Both the position numbers and the translations under genes were made by a program. Source: Lytechinus pictus (lineage: Eukaryota). Taken from it: a DNA stretch of 64,000 nt. Where the stretch lies: NCBI RefSeq assembly GCF_037042905.1, contig NC_087251.1, forward strand, positions 11,968,001 through 12,032,000. The letters run 5' to 3'. Of the stretch, positions 27,401 to 42,400 are shown one piece after another; positions within the stretch are counted from its first letter, which is position 1; the number at the start of each line of letters is the position of its first letter. The notes below the pieces were generated by a model that was given only the letters and a program-made list of their open reading frames with translations, was not told where the DNA came from and ran no database searches.

Positions 27401-30400
27401 CATTAAAGGATACAAGCAAAATAATCCAGTGTACTGATTAAGAAAGACATGCACAAGCATTCATTTAACAATAAGATATTAACACCAGACTCAAACTATT
27501 ACTCAAGACGGAAATAACATGTCTCATACATTTTAAAACAAGGTATAGGTGAACAAAAATACAGTTCACATTTGGTGGTGGGACAATTTTTTTTTTCTTT
27601 TTTGTTAATGGTTATAATGTTGCAACCAGAATTCAAATTTGCAGTGCAAACTGGATTGACACATAGCACATATAATAGAAAAACATGCAAGACAAAATTG
27701 CTCACAAACGAAAGCAAAAGGGAAAGAGAAAATTGAAAGTCTTTGGCTTCTAATGATTGCATTCTTTTGTTATGATACATATAGAACAAATCAATCACAG
27801 ATAAGTAAATACTAATTGTACAGAGAACTGAAATTTGGCTGGTGCACAGCAAAATGATGTAAACTTAAGTATATATCATACCTTCTTCTTTCTCAATGGG
27901 AGCAGCCAAAACCTCTTGCAACCAATGTGCTGCTATCGTTAATGTAGTCTCAGGACAAAGAGCTGTTGCATATCTTAGAATCTCCAGTTGATTGTATCTG
28001 TGAGCTGGATGGGAGATATTAGAAAAGGGAATTCAGTATAACAGCCTCTTCACAATGAATTTGGTTTGGAAAACCAAGTCCCTGACAGTATCAAATTGCC
28101 CAAAGAGCAATCCCGTGAAACGATTCTGGATGCCGCTTGGTCACCATGACATGTGCAATCTCTCCCTCTGGAAGAGTTAGATGAAGGATGTATTTCCATT
28201 TGTTCATGGACCATGTAACATAACAGGATATAGCTATTTTGCCCATACAGTTTTGGAGGAGGAAGGGTTTCAAGTAGAAATCACCATTGCTAAGTTTTTT
28301 GGGGGGTGGGTGGGGGGGGGGGGGGGAGGAGGTGCAAGGCTGTTTGCGAGAACTCTACCTCCTTGAATTTTAGAAAGAATACTTTTTATGTCATTCTAAT
28401 GAAGGAAAAACATGTTTTATCAAAATATATAGCACACAATCATTACAATAATTTTCTTGGAAATAATGAAATATGTGTCATCCAGCAGTATCTACTTCTG
28501 TTTGGAAAAAAAATGTATATTGAAATAGCATATTAGAAATATCAAGGAAGGTGATTAATACCCCCGCCGTACGCCTTTACCATGGCAACAGTATCCAACA
28601 CATGGACAAAATATGTCTTGCCTAGTATTACCCCAAGACCAATGTGTGAGCTAAATATCATGAGAATTGGTTACAAAACAGATGAAGTAGTCCAAACTGC
28701 AAGATTTTTGCCTAATTTTTTGACATGTTCTTACCATTGAAACTTGATTTCTGACACACACAAAATATGTGTCTTGGATATCTTTACCTCGAAACCAATT
28801 AGAGAGCCAAATTTCATGAAATTGGTTGAAAACTGATTAATTAGTACGATCCCAAGATTTTCACCAACTTTGAGACAAATAATATTATTACCATGGCAAC
28901 ATGATTTCTGACACACGTTCTATATCTCTTGCACATCTTTACCTCAAGACCAATGTGTGTGCCATATTTCATGAGAATTGGTTAAAAACTGAGGAAGTAG
29001 TTCGAACTGCAAGAGTTTTACCTTATTTTTGCCATATCTTGTTACCATGGCAACACAATTTCCGACACATATGAAAAATATGAATATGTCTTGCACATCT
29101 TTACCCCAACACCAATAAGTTTCATGAGAATTGGTTAAAAACTGAGGAAGTAGTTTGATGCGCAAGATTTGCAACAGACCGCCTGACCATACACTGATTC
29201 CTATATACCCCCATCAAACTTTGTTTGGCGGGGGTATAAAAGCACGCACACACCATTGATTAGCTCTTTGTAAATGAGGAATCTGACATTTATTTACAAT
29301 GGATTTCCAGTGAACAAATAGTATAATGGTAGTGAAAGTAGAACCAATAATTTCTCAATTGCCATAAATTGTGCGCCAAAAGCCAGGAAAACAAATTTAA
29401 ACAAGAGTGTCGCTAAGGCGAGCACATAAAAAGCCCGCCTGTAACGCGGAAAATGGAGTTATTGGTCAAGCAAGAAAAGTGGAAACCTTTGACTGTCTGA
29501 CCTCAAAATCAATAGAATTCCTGGGATCTATGCTACTATCATACACGCCTGAGCCTATAGGTTAAGTCACACTGAAGTTATCTCGTTTACAATGAAAAGT
29601 TAACGGATGGACATCGAATGTGATACCATAATATGTCCCGTCTAAGACTGGCGTATAAAAAGGAAAAAAAATGTCTTTCTCACATGAAAAGAAAAGGAAG
29701 AATTCCTCATCTGAATCGAAATCAATCCTTGAATAGGCACATGCAGCAGAGTCGTTCCGAGATGGGTAGCCAAGCTGAATTTCAGAGATATATGATTCAT
29801 TATTAGATTATAAGAATAAATAAATGTCATTTACATATATACTCACAGTATACAAAGTCATACATCACAAAGTGTTTCTTGCAATTCCACATAAAGTAGA
29901 TTAGTTTATTATGACTTTGCATGAGGCTTATTAGGAATCACACAACTTCTTGCAGTACACCAATACTATTATGCCAAGTGCTTAAAATTTTGAATCGTCA
30001 CTTATTTTCATTTCCAGTTCCTTTCATCCAGTAACATAATAACTGCTTTTTTCCATACAGGTTGTCATATTAACTACAATAAGTACAGTGACATCCTCAG
30101 TGAAAATTGTTGAGTATTGTTACTATGGTAACTGTTACTGAAGATAAAGTGTTAGTGATAACAACCACATTGAGCACCACAGTCGAATGGACATTTTCAC
30201 ATGGCAAAAAATTGCGGGAGAAAAAAAGCACTTTTTAAATTGGTTTCTCTACGAGTCTTTACATAATGGGGTAAGAACTCAATACAGCACATATACCTTT
30301 TGTATTGTGGTAATGAACGTCTGGCAGAGGCTTGGTATAATATCCAGCATGGCCTGGGTACGCGACATATGCTCATGCCGTAGGAAAGCCATCCAGCTAG

Positions 30401-33400
30401 CAGATGTTAGATGGCAGACGTGTGTACTAGCATGCTGGGTGAAACTATACAATGTCTTCAGGTAGGAAGCAAGGTTGCTTGGTGGTACGAATGATTCCCC
30501 TTCCATTACCTGATAGAGTCAAAGGGAAGGACAGAATTACGGTAGTCTACAGACTTTAAGAGGCAACTAAAATACTGCAATTAAGTCAATAAATGTAGTA
30601 CAGCCACAATGGATAGTATCAACTGGAGTCTAGAACTACTTAATAGAATCCTTTGTTCCTATAAAACACAAATGCAATGTTGTGATCATGTATCTAATAG
30701 AATGCTTATGAATGAAAATCAGAATATGCCTCTTTATTTCCAGGAGCAAGCTGGCTCATTTTGGAAAAGTATCTTCCTCGCAAATCAACATATCGTGAGT
30801 TCAAGTCTACCCCTGGAGGATGACTGAAGCCTGAATTGTGTGTTAAAATGCCTCTCTCTTGTTTCATAGACGCATGCTATGTAATACCGGAGAACGATTT
30901 GTCCCTTGGATAGGATGTTAAATGGAGGCCCCATTTAGAGGAGAATCACTGTCTTTGCACGTAAAGAACCCACTGCAATATTTTATAAGAGTAGGGGAAA
31001 CCCTGGTTTAATGGCCCATATGCACACCCCAATCAGTTACATCAGGAGAGACCGAAAGGTCGATGATTCAGCTCACTTTTCTCCTATGGGCAAAGATGAT
31101 ACCAAACAACTAACCATAATAAGAAGAAAAGTTATATGTTTGTTTATGGATGTAAAGAGAAAGATTGCTGAACTTACCCATATTGCACACATCTGTGAAC
31201 CCAAACCTGTAATGACCTGACAAAGCTTCTTCAAAAACAAGTGATTCTTTTCATCAAGACCTGCACTGCAAGCTTTCCTGAAATATAAGGTAAACAAAAG
31301 GTATATGCTGACCTGCCTCTCCACACATGCAAAATGCATGAAATACAAAATCTGTTGAATTCCTCACAGGCTTAATGTACAAGACTTGCTATGCAATATC
31401 ATGTTTATTCATTTAATGGAATACCTGAAATATTGCACTTGCTATGGCCAATATTACACTGCACTCATCTATGATTCTTGCGATATTAATCTGAACAAAT
31501 GGAAAATCTTTGGTATCCCAGATTGAGCCAAATAATTATTGATACAAAGCAGTATCAGCTAAAACTGATTTCAACTTACACAGCAGCATTGAAGAGTTCA
31601 GTCATAGCTACATCACAAAATAGCACCATCAGGGGTTTTCTTTCGTCTATCTTGCCCTGGTAAAAATAAAGATCAACATTAATGTAGTACTTGAATTACA
31701 TCTAGCCTATTCAACTGCAATATGAAGGCAATGTATTTAGAGCCACATATGAAATAAGCTGTTGAAAGTTGTTGATATATAGCTGCCTTTTGGTTACATC
31801 TTTATGACTGCAAATATTTTCACTACTATCTTCAGCATATAATAGGATGAAATGGTGTTTGGTACTGCAAATCTAAGAAAAGCAGTGAAGCAGGATGCAT
31901 ACTAGTTCTTGTCTTTTTCTCTGATAAGGTAAAGTAAAAAAAAAAGCTTTAGCATGTCTCTCCTGAATGCTTGAGTTCCATGACCATATTTCCATTTCAT
32001 CATACCACGTGGCCTCTACCATGTTATGAATTGTGAAGACTCTAATAAATCAATAAATCGATACATTTGCTTTGTCCACAATGATAATCTTTCTATTAGG
32101 CTCTCAATTTTATGCTACTCAATTCATGACTAAGAAATAATATGATCACAACAGTACTTCTATTTCAGGTTGCACAGAAAAGACAAAACAATTCAGTCTC
32201 AACTTTATGGAAGGTCAATGGTCCTGTTAACCATATACAAATTCAAGAACAAAGCATTTTTAATGGCCACATGGAGCCCTTTTCTTAAAGGACAAGTCCA
32301 CCCCAACAAAAATTTGATTTGAAGAAAAAAAAAATCCAACAAACATAACACTGAAAATTTCATCAAGATCGGATGTTAAATAAGGCATTTTAAAGTTTCG
32401 CTTAATTTCACAGAATAGTTATATGAACATCCTGGTCGATATGCAAATGAGGAGACTGATGACGACAGACGTCATCCACTCACTATCATATTCAAATTTT
32501 CTCCTCATTGTCAACTGAAACAACGATCAATTCTTCTCTGAACATGTGGAATTAGCATTGTTTTAATACTATATGATTCAGTCAAGTTGGTCCTTATTGT
32601 CAAATCTGTAAAAAAATGAAATATTGTATAATTCAAACAATAAAAAACAAAATAGTGAGTGATGGACATCATCGGCTGTCTTATTTGCATGTCACTGAGT
32701 TGTGCATATCACTGTTTTTTTTTTTAATAAGCGAAACTTTAAAATGTCATAACTTTCTTATTTTACATCCGATTTTGATGAAATTTTCAGCGTTAAGGTA
32801 CTTTGATTTTCCTCTATTTATTCAAATCAACAATTATCTGGGGTGGACTTGACCTTTAATGAGATAAGAGCAAGCTTCTGAGGTTTGCCAAATTTAAACC
32901 CTCATACATTTTGTAATCTTACCCATTTAGCAATTGTGTCTATCAAAAAGGCCACCAAATGGCTGAATCATGGGAGAATGTTGTCATTTTTGCTCTAGGA
33001 AATCACACTTTTCTTACCGCTTCAATTTCAAGAATGAGTAGTGTTTTTCTCACCTTGCACTATGATATTGGACCCTCGTCACTTTCATCAAAGTTAGATT
33101 GATACACTGTCATCACTGGCTTTAAAATCAGTGAATGAATTGACAGTAATCTCAGCTTATATTTGCCATTTCTTAACTCTTGTCCCACCTGTGGAGTTTT
33201 GTGTGTGTCATCTCTTTTTCTACCAGTACATTGCCTGGATTTTAAGCAATATGGCTAGCAGGAAGTCCAAAAGGAATGCTGGGAATTTTCTCCCTAAAAC
33301 CACAACGCCTAAACAGCAACCATCCCCCAGACGGCCATTTATAGATGACCCTGAGATTAACAGCAAGGTCCTGACCAGAAGAGGAATGGCAGCTGCAGTG

Positions 33401-36400
33401 GATGAGGCAGAGAAGGGAAAGGGGCTTTTTGTCAATTTCAACATTGATGACCATCTCCAAGATATCAAAGAGGGAGAAAGAGGAAAGTTTGCAGATCTCC
33501 TAACTTCGGCTGTTAGAGCAGCCGTTGAGGCAGCCATTCCTGCAATCATCATGGCAGTGAAGGATGTCTGCCTCTCAGCAGTGAAGGAGGAGGTCAACCC
33601 CCACCTCCTTCGCCTACAGTACAAGCAGGATGAGCTGGCACAACAGCTGAGGCGGGACAATCTCTGCATCACAGGTGTGAAGGAGGAAGAGGAGACAGAA
33701 GAGGAGAGTGAGCAAGGTGCAAAAGAGGAGGAAAGTGAGGAGAAGCTTAAGAGCAAAGTTATTCAATGTGCAGCAAAAGCTGGAGTAACCATCAAGAAAG
33801 AGGACCTTTCTACCTGCCATCGCATAGGGAGAAAATCAGAAGGGAAGGTGAGGCAGATTCTGGTTCGCCTTGTGTCAAGGAGCAAGAGAGATGCCATCCA
33901 TGCTGGCCGTTTCAAACTGAAAGGGGATAGCAGCATGGATGGTGTATACATCAATGAGGATATTACCCCCATGAGATTTGCTGTCCTAAAGACAGCAAAA
34001 GCAAGTCCTCTTGTGAAGAGAGTGAGTACGCAAAACGGGAACATTGTATGTAAGCTCACGGATGACAGTTACAAGACGATCGCTTCTCCGGACGATCTCT
34101 TCGATATTGGCTTGGACACTATCAACTACCAAAACTTCAAGCTACATTATATGGAGTAATAACTTGACTAGCCTGCATATGTCTGATAAATATGAATAAT
34201 GGATGATACAAATATTTCTTACGAGTTATTACCATGTAATATTGACAAAGTCCTAAATTTTGAGACATCCCTATCTTTGAAATTAACCCACATAAATATA
34301 CGCTCTTTAGTGAAAAATATTGATAACCTTAGACTGTTGTATGAAGATAGTATGAATACTAAATTTGATATAATTGGCTTATCAGAAGTCTGGAATGCGT
34401 CTAATACCTCTGTTTTAAATTTACAAGGGTATACTCTTGAAGTAGATGGTCGCAAGGATGATTTGAGAGGAGGAGCCTATATTAAATCAAATTTGAAATA
34501 TACTTGCTTAAGTTATGACATTGCCCATGCAGAATCTCTGTGGTTACAAGTTAATATTACTGATGAGCTAAAGATAATCATAGCCGTGATATATAGAAAA
34601 CCAAATACAAATGTAAAAGAATTCCAAGATAGTCTGTTAGATATACTACAAACAATTAAAGTAGATAAACGTAAGTGTGTACTGTTAGGTGATTTTCATG
34701 TGAATATTTTAAGTATAGAAGACATAGCTGATGACTTCACTTCTTCTCTACAATGTGTGGGTTTAGAACAATTAATAAAATCACCGACAAGAGTAACCAA
34801 GGACTCTTCAACTTTAATAGATCACATTTATTCAAATGTTGATACTGTTGAAACTCATTCAGGGGTCATACATACTGATATCTCTGACCATTTTCCAGTG
34901 TTTGTAGTATTCAAGAACATGGCCAAGTTATGTTCAAATCAAAAGAAAATTACCTATCGATGCTACAGAAAATTCAATATTGAACAGTTTAAAGAAGACC
35001 TTTCTGTCTTCAACTGGGAAGAGGTATTAAACTGCCATGATGTAAATATTGCATACTCTACGTTTTGCAAGTCTTTCTCATATATATGTAACAAACATGC
35101 ACCTATGAAAACTAAACAAATCGGAAAAAAGAAAGATATTAAAAAGAAGGTCTGGATAACTACAGGAATAATTAAATCAATACGTGTTAAACAGAAGTTA
35201 TATGCAAAAGTCCTAAAGACAAACTACAATGAAGATATTGTGAAGAAATATAAAAAATATAAAAACTTGCTCACTACGATTTTAAAGAATGCAAAACGTA
35301 CTTATTACACCAATTTACTATATGAAAACCGATGTAACACGAGTAAGACATGGGAAATCATTAATGAATTATTGGTTGGAAAGAAAAAAAATTCAAGGGT
35401 TGTTGAAGTAGACAGGATTATCAAAAAGGTCAATGGAGACAATAACCTCATTACATCTATAAATGATATTGTCAATGAATTAAATAACTACTTTGTAAAT
35501 ATTGGTCCGAATCTAGCAGATACTTTGCCAAATGAAAATGTGTCACATAGACGTTACTTAGGGGCAAGAGTTAACAATTCTTTATTTTGGAAACCTGTGA
35601 CTGAGGATGAGGTTTTTAATCATCTTGTAACTCTAGATGAAAAGAAAGCTTGTGGTCATGATAATTTACCAGCACGATTGTTAAGAGATAGTGCTGTTTA
35701 CATTTCAGGTGTCCTGGCATATATCTTTAATTTATCTTTAGAATGTGGGAGGGTACCAGATGAAATGAAAATAGCAAAAGTTACGCCTATCCACAAAAAG
35801 GGACCAAAAGATGAACCTGGAAACTATAGACCAATATCTGTTTTGCCAGTGCTCGGAAAGGTTTTCGAAAAGGTAGCAAACGGGCGATTAGTACAGTTTT
35901 TAGAAACAAACAATGCTTTTTACCACCACCAGTATGGTTTTCGTAAGAAGTACAGTACTAAGTTGTCATTAATAAATTTGTCCAACACTCTCTTAAAAGC
36001 AATTGATGAGAGTAAAGCTACACTTGGGATATTCATTGACTTCAAAAAAGCATTTGATACGATCAATCATAATGTCTTAATCAACAAACTCTCTCACTAT
36101 GGAATACGCGGTCTCCCGCTTAAATGGTTCGAAGACTATCTTAGAGGAAGATATCAGTTTGTTCAATATGAAGAGACAGTCTCTAAGAAAATGGAAATCA
36201 CATGCGGTGTTCCTCAAGGTTCGGTTCTAGGACCAACATTATTTTACTGTATATAAACGATCTACCATCTGTTTCTTAATTATTTCAATTTCAGATTATT
36301 TGCAGACGATTCTAATCTATTTCATACCTTCCCAGCTGGACAAGATGAAATTGATGTAAATGAAGTCAATATTAACATAAATAAAATACAAGAATGGTGT

Positions 36401-39400
36401 GTTGCAAACAAGCTTACTATCAACTCTATGAAAACGAAATTCATGTTGATTGGTAGCAGAAGGAAAAATATTAGACTAGCTGGTAAATTGGAAATAGCCG
36501 GAGAGGAGATTGAAGAGGTTAATGAAGCAACTTTTGTAGGTATAACAATAGATAAACATCTAACTTGGAAGAACCATATTAGAATAGTTAATTCATGTAT
36601 ACGTAAAAGAGTAGGAATTATATTTCGGTTGCGACATTTTGTACCAAAATATACATTAGTATTATTATACAAGGCATTCATAGAGCCACACATAACTTAT
36701 GGAATCGAGGTGTGGGGGAGTACTTACAAGAGTAGCTTAAATTGTATATTTTACACCCAAAAAATGGCAGTACGTGCCATCACATTCAGTGAGTGGCGAG
36801 CTCATACACGTGTATTATTTCAGAATTTAAAGATCCTAAATGTATTTGAAATGCACAATTTATCTATATGTACCTTCATGTATGACCTGGGTAATAATAA
36901 CTTACCTCACTCTTTAGTAGATTATTAAGATGTAATAGAGCATAGATACCCAACAAGACAAAAAGAAGGTCGACAAGTACATTTACCAAAATTACGGACT
37001 ACTCAAGGACAATTCTCTCTATCTTTCTTAGGAAGTGATTACTGGAATAATGTACCATTAGCCATCAAACTAAAAGTATCCAGAAACGATTTCAGGAATT
37101 CATTACAAAATCATTTATTAAATCAATAACTTATCATATTGCTCTGTATATAACATAAAATGTTACACTCATAATTTTATTTTGTTTTTTTGTAGTTGTT
37201 GTGTTTTAAAAAAAAACATACTTTAAAGTTCAATATTCGCCTATATTACTAATATGTGTAGGGGCCAGGCTCGACTAGCACTTGTGCTATTTTCTGGTCC
37301 CTTTTATCAGCTCTTAACATATACATGTATGTTTCATTTCTGTAATATTTATATGCATGACATAATAATGTAATATGTAAACATCTGTAAATATGTTGTT
37401 ATCGTTGGTGAATAAAATCAAATCAAATCAAAATCAAATCAAATAGACAACTTCTCTTCTCATTTAAATGGTCTGTTAAATAGACATGTGTTTACTGCAT
37501 TGCTTTTATTTCTGGACCACTATATTGTGAAATAGCTTCCTCAAACTCATCTCTCTTGTTTCATATTTCAGCAAGCTGAAGACTTGCATTTTTCAAGCTT
37601 GGACATTATCTTTATCCCCAAATTTATATTAATATTTTCCCCTAAAGAATATAAATTTAATGCTCCAACTAAATATTGCACAACATCAGACATGCTTGTT
37701 AATCACAAGGCCACAACTATAAAAATTGCCAAAATCAATATTGTGATTGGCATATCATAATAAATAAATTTGAATGCATATGAACCTTAATCTACTGAAA
37801 GCATGATATCTCTATTCAGAGCCTATAAGAATGACAGAATTCAACGTTTTAAACCCTTACCTACTGGAACCAAGTAGTCCCTGTACTAATCCTATGGGAG
37901 AGAATTCAGAAGTCAACCAATTAACCCATAGCCTACTGGAACCAGGTGATCACTGTACACAGCCAATAACTACAGTCTAACTCAGAAGTCAATGGATTAA
38001 ATTTACCTTTCTGTGTACAATGAGTTGCAAGCACTCTGCTGCCAGCATCTTCAGCTCTTCGTTCCTAAGGAGCTTATAGAGGAAGATGAGGAGGCGATTC
38101 TCTTCCTTGTAGAGATGTTTAGCATCCATCCACTCTACGAAGCCACACATGGTCACAAGGACCGTCTGGGTCACCTTACAGGCAGATTTGGCCTAAGACA
38201 AGAAAACAACAGCAAAAGCAGGTAAAATTATCAACATCATCATTGAGCACCTGAAATGTGTTACTTAATTTTAGTGTATCTTATACAAAATGTTACATAC
38301 CATACTTTCAAAATACCCGGTCTACTTAGGGTCCTTTTTACAAAATTTCATATTACCCAATTAGATTAATGGTAACTTTTTCATTGCAGTTACTACCATG
38401 GAAACCTTGACTTAGATTGGTTGCTGAGCCATGTTACCACAGTTGTTACAAAGGAAGCTACCAAAATTGTAATTTTTTTTATAAAATTGGTCCCAGATTC
38501 CATTATAGAGTTGGCATTTGATTTGTGTAATTCATAGACTTTTTAAAACATACTGTATAGTTTACTTGTAGAAATAGATTTCTAGGATTCATGATTTACC
38601 TCACTACTTTGCGGTGCTGAAGACTCCTGTATGGTTAAGAGAAGGGGAGAGTGACAAAGAAGATCAAATAGAGGAAAGGAGGGGGAAGAAAATGATATGG
38701 AGAGGAAAGAAGAAATGGAAAGAATGGAGGTTGAGTGGGATTGACAGATAGGGAATGAGAGAGAAAGGAGAAATGGGGAAAAGAGAGGGAAAGCGTATGC
38801 AGAAGAGAGAGAATGAGGAAAGTTAGATAAGATGTGGAGAGTGATATACAAGGAGTGAATAAAAAAGGATGAGCCATTCATACTCAACACATACACTGAC
38901 AAAGTATACATGCTTGTTTTGAACTTACAGTATTGTGTCAATGCCTTAACAATAAAGTTTCAAAATCAATGTATCTAACTAATCTAATGCCATATCATTT
39001 AAGCAGTTAATTAACTAAACGCATCCTTATCAATGACTTAAAAAAAACTGCTAGGCGGTGCATTCAGGAATTACTATTAAAAAAAATCATTTCTATGTGT
39101 AGTTATAAAGGCTTATGTGATTAGAAGAACCAGGGTTGGCGCGTTTTAAACGGTGTGTTTTAAAACATGTTTTAAAACGCGTTTTAAAACACCCGTTTTT
39201 TTTACAAAAAAAACGCGTTTTAAAACACCTCATAGACTTGTGTGTTATAAATATGCATGGATGTGATTTTACATGAATTTATTTTTTATACTTTTATTTC
39301 TTAATTGGTTTATTATTTTCTTCTAACTAAATCTCTTTCTCAACACCACTCTTTTTCTCCTCTCTCTTTCCCCCCTTATTCTCCCTTTCTCCATTGCTTT

Positions 39401-42400
39401 GTCATGTTCCTTTCCTCCTGTTCAATTGTGCACATCAATCCATATTTAAGAATATTCTCATTTTAACAAACATCCAAGTGTTGTGCTCACTTTTAGACAG
39501 GGAAAGAAACACTAATTAAAATGAGCTCAAATATGTTATAGTAGTACTTGAATGAAATGGAAGTGTTGCACAAACATAATAATATTTTGCAAATAGACTG
39601 TATATCTGACATTGTAACCTTGAGGTACACACAAAATTAGGTGAAACTTTGCGCTTCGTAAAGATGAAGAAAAGTAATTCAATTCAGTATAAGATAATCA
39701 GCTAGCAAACCTTTTTTTCCTCCCTGAACATGTGTGGAACTACCATTGTTTTAACATTTTTTGGTTCAGTCAAGTTGGTCATTATTATCAAATCTGTAAA
39801 AATTGAAATATTGTATTGTTCAAACAATTTAAAAAAAAAAATAGTGAGGGGCATTATCAACTCTCTCATTTGCACATCACTGAGTTGTAATGTTTTGTGA
39901 AAAATAAGCGAAATTTTAAAATGTTATAACTTTCTTATTTTAAATTTTCAGCATTATGCTTGTTTGAATTTTTTCTACTGATTCAAATCAAACATTTTTC
40001 TGGGGTGGACTTGACCTTTAACCCTAACACTCCCAGGGGACCGTAATGGCCCCCTTAAAAATTTCTATGATAAATCCATAAGCACAACAGGGCCGCGCCA
40101 TATTGTTCAAGACTATTTTTTGGATACATGCATGGATATGTGGTTATGATATTACCATGGAGCTATCAACACATTAATAGCTCAATGATATTACAAGTGC
40201 ATGACAGACCAGAATTGCTCAATATCGTGATTTCATGTATAAAGCCAATGCAAATTTTTTGCCAACATTTTTATCTGTATCAATATTTGTACTTTTTGTT
40301 AATGATTGGAAAATTATTGCCAATAATTTCCATTAAAAAAACGATTAAAAAAACACAAAAGTAACCACAAAACTGTAGATAAGAAATATGTAAAAAAAAA
40401 CAGTTAAAACAAACATTAAAAAAACAATTTGATCAGAATTCCTCAATTAAAGAAATAAGCAGTTCAAGGGCCTAATATTTATAGATTTAAACCCAATTTT
40501 GTATTTCATGCACTTATGGGTACCCGGTAGAATGTAAAAGTCATTGTAGCTTGTCCAGTACTGTGTGCGCCTCACTGGCGACTGACTTGAATACTACCCA
40601 GGGAGTGGAGGATGTGCATACATTGTGTGCGGGAATGACTGATTGAATCCGATGATTGTGGTAATAATAAATCTTTAAAGCGCTTAGACATGTCGTTCCA
40701 ATGTATTAAGCGAGATATAAAAGCGGACTTTTATCATTATTATTACTTAAAGACCCTGGCCGGTGTAAAAACAATCATATATCAAAATAAAGGTAATGAT
40801 TCATACAATACGAATATACCAAAAATATTACATATATCTCCTTCCAATAGTTAAAAATATTAAATAAAAATCAAAGAAACTGCTCCTCCAAAGTACGCTT
40901 CGATTGAGCACCCCCACGTTGCCTGGAAATGATGACGTCACGTTGTGTCAGGAGGGTTGTGATTCCATAGGTTTGTGTACAAAAGCATTGGGTATTTTCT
41001 TCCATTTCCATGTTATGAATCCATTTTTTTTTCGTTTTCAGATGAAAATGGCACTCAAAATTATTCACTGTTCAAATTGTTGTAAACCTACAACTATTCA
41101 CTATACCTTTTTTGTGATTTCTTTGTTTGGCTCTTATTGGGCCTAAATTGCTATGTCAGGAAAAGTTGTTATACATAATCTAAATGCAGATAGAATTGAA
41201 ATCTGCGCCAAATAAGCAGGAAATAAAATATGGCAAAAACTAGTTCAAAACTGCAGATTTCATAAATTCAAGCTTGTGGGTAAAAATATATGTGATATCC
41301 CTCTGTGATAGAAGTGAAGAGAATGAAATGCGTTATCTGGAAAGCAAAAAAATCACCCAGTTTTTCTGTGTACAAACCTATGGAATCACGACGCTTCTTA
41401 CACAACGTGACGTCACGGTCTCGAGGCAGGTGAAAAGCACAATAAAGCCTATTTTCTAAGCGGGGTTCGAAACCCGATAATTGGAATATTCTTAAGCAAA
41501 ATACTCAGCTGGGAAGCGGTGAAAATGCATAAAGCATACCTTGGTGTATTTAGTAGCTTATAAGCTTTCGATTGGTATAAATTTATCAATTTCATTTTCG
41601 GGTCCGGTCTGGATCTTTAAAATTTGTATTGTATAATTGATTCAAATGAAATAAAGCATATTGAGTAAATGAAATTAAGCATTGAAAGCCTATAGTCTAT
41701 AGATTATGTCATTTTTTTACATTGTGCAAATTCTTCTCACCCCCTAGATTGACAGGACTAAAAAAAACCTGTGACTACATCATATGTATGAGGAATAAAC
41801 TTATGAAATGTCAACTTAATTTTTCGGCATTCAATTTCCTTGATTTTGTTATTTGGGGGAAAATATGAACTTTTCTGTCGGAAATTCAGTAAAAAAAATT
41901 GTAGTCATCTCTTACTAATACTCCAAAAATGTATTTAAAACATCAAGAGCTTAAATCATACTGTATTTAATGTACAATTTAATTGATTTACAGAAAATTA
42001 CATCGTTCGTTGGGAAAAAAACGTTTTAAAACGATTTAAAACGTTTTAAAACAATAAAAAGCGTTTTATTTGTTTTTTTTAATAAAAAACGTTTTTTATT
42101 ACAACCCTGAGAAGAACATTAGGGATGTAAAACAAAGGTTTGATGCTACAAATGTGAGAGAATAAGAGTTTATCATACTAGATTAAACAGTTCATTTTTG
42201 TCCCTAATGGCTAACCACTTAACAAATTGAGCCTTATGCCAGAGATACATTGGTTATTAAGGTTTGTCAAAATGTGTTTATTATTAACACGAAGTAATGG
42301 ATCTGGTCTCACCAAGCCATCAATATCTACCTACCAATGACTGGTATTTCTCCGAGTACATCTCTAGAACTTTGATAAGGAAGGATGAAATCTGAGACAT

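Larger units (their letters stand above)
32950..37444 (+). mobile_element. Near full-length CR1/L2-group LINE (ORF1 + APE-RT ORF2); 5' boundary approximate
   Basis: ORF1 and ORF2 in tandem; 3' AATAAA followed by (AAATC)n tail at ~37411-37444. Confidence 0.9.

Noticed and set aside
28005..28082. Minus-strand peptide GLGFPNQ after an AG, resembling XPO5 xGFPS
   Set aside because: Out of frame with the downstream exon; the true exon is 29684-29774
33220..34059. Minus-strand ORFs of up to 178 aa
   Set aside because: Antisense shadows of LINE ORF1
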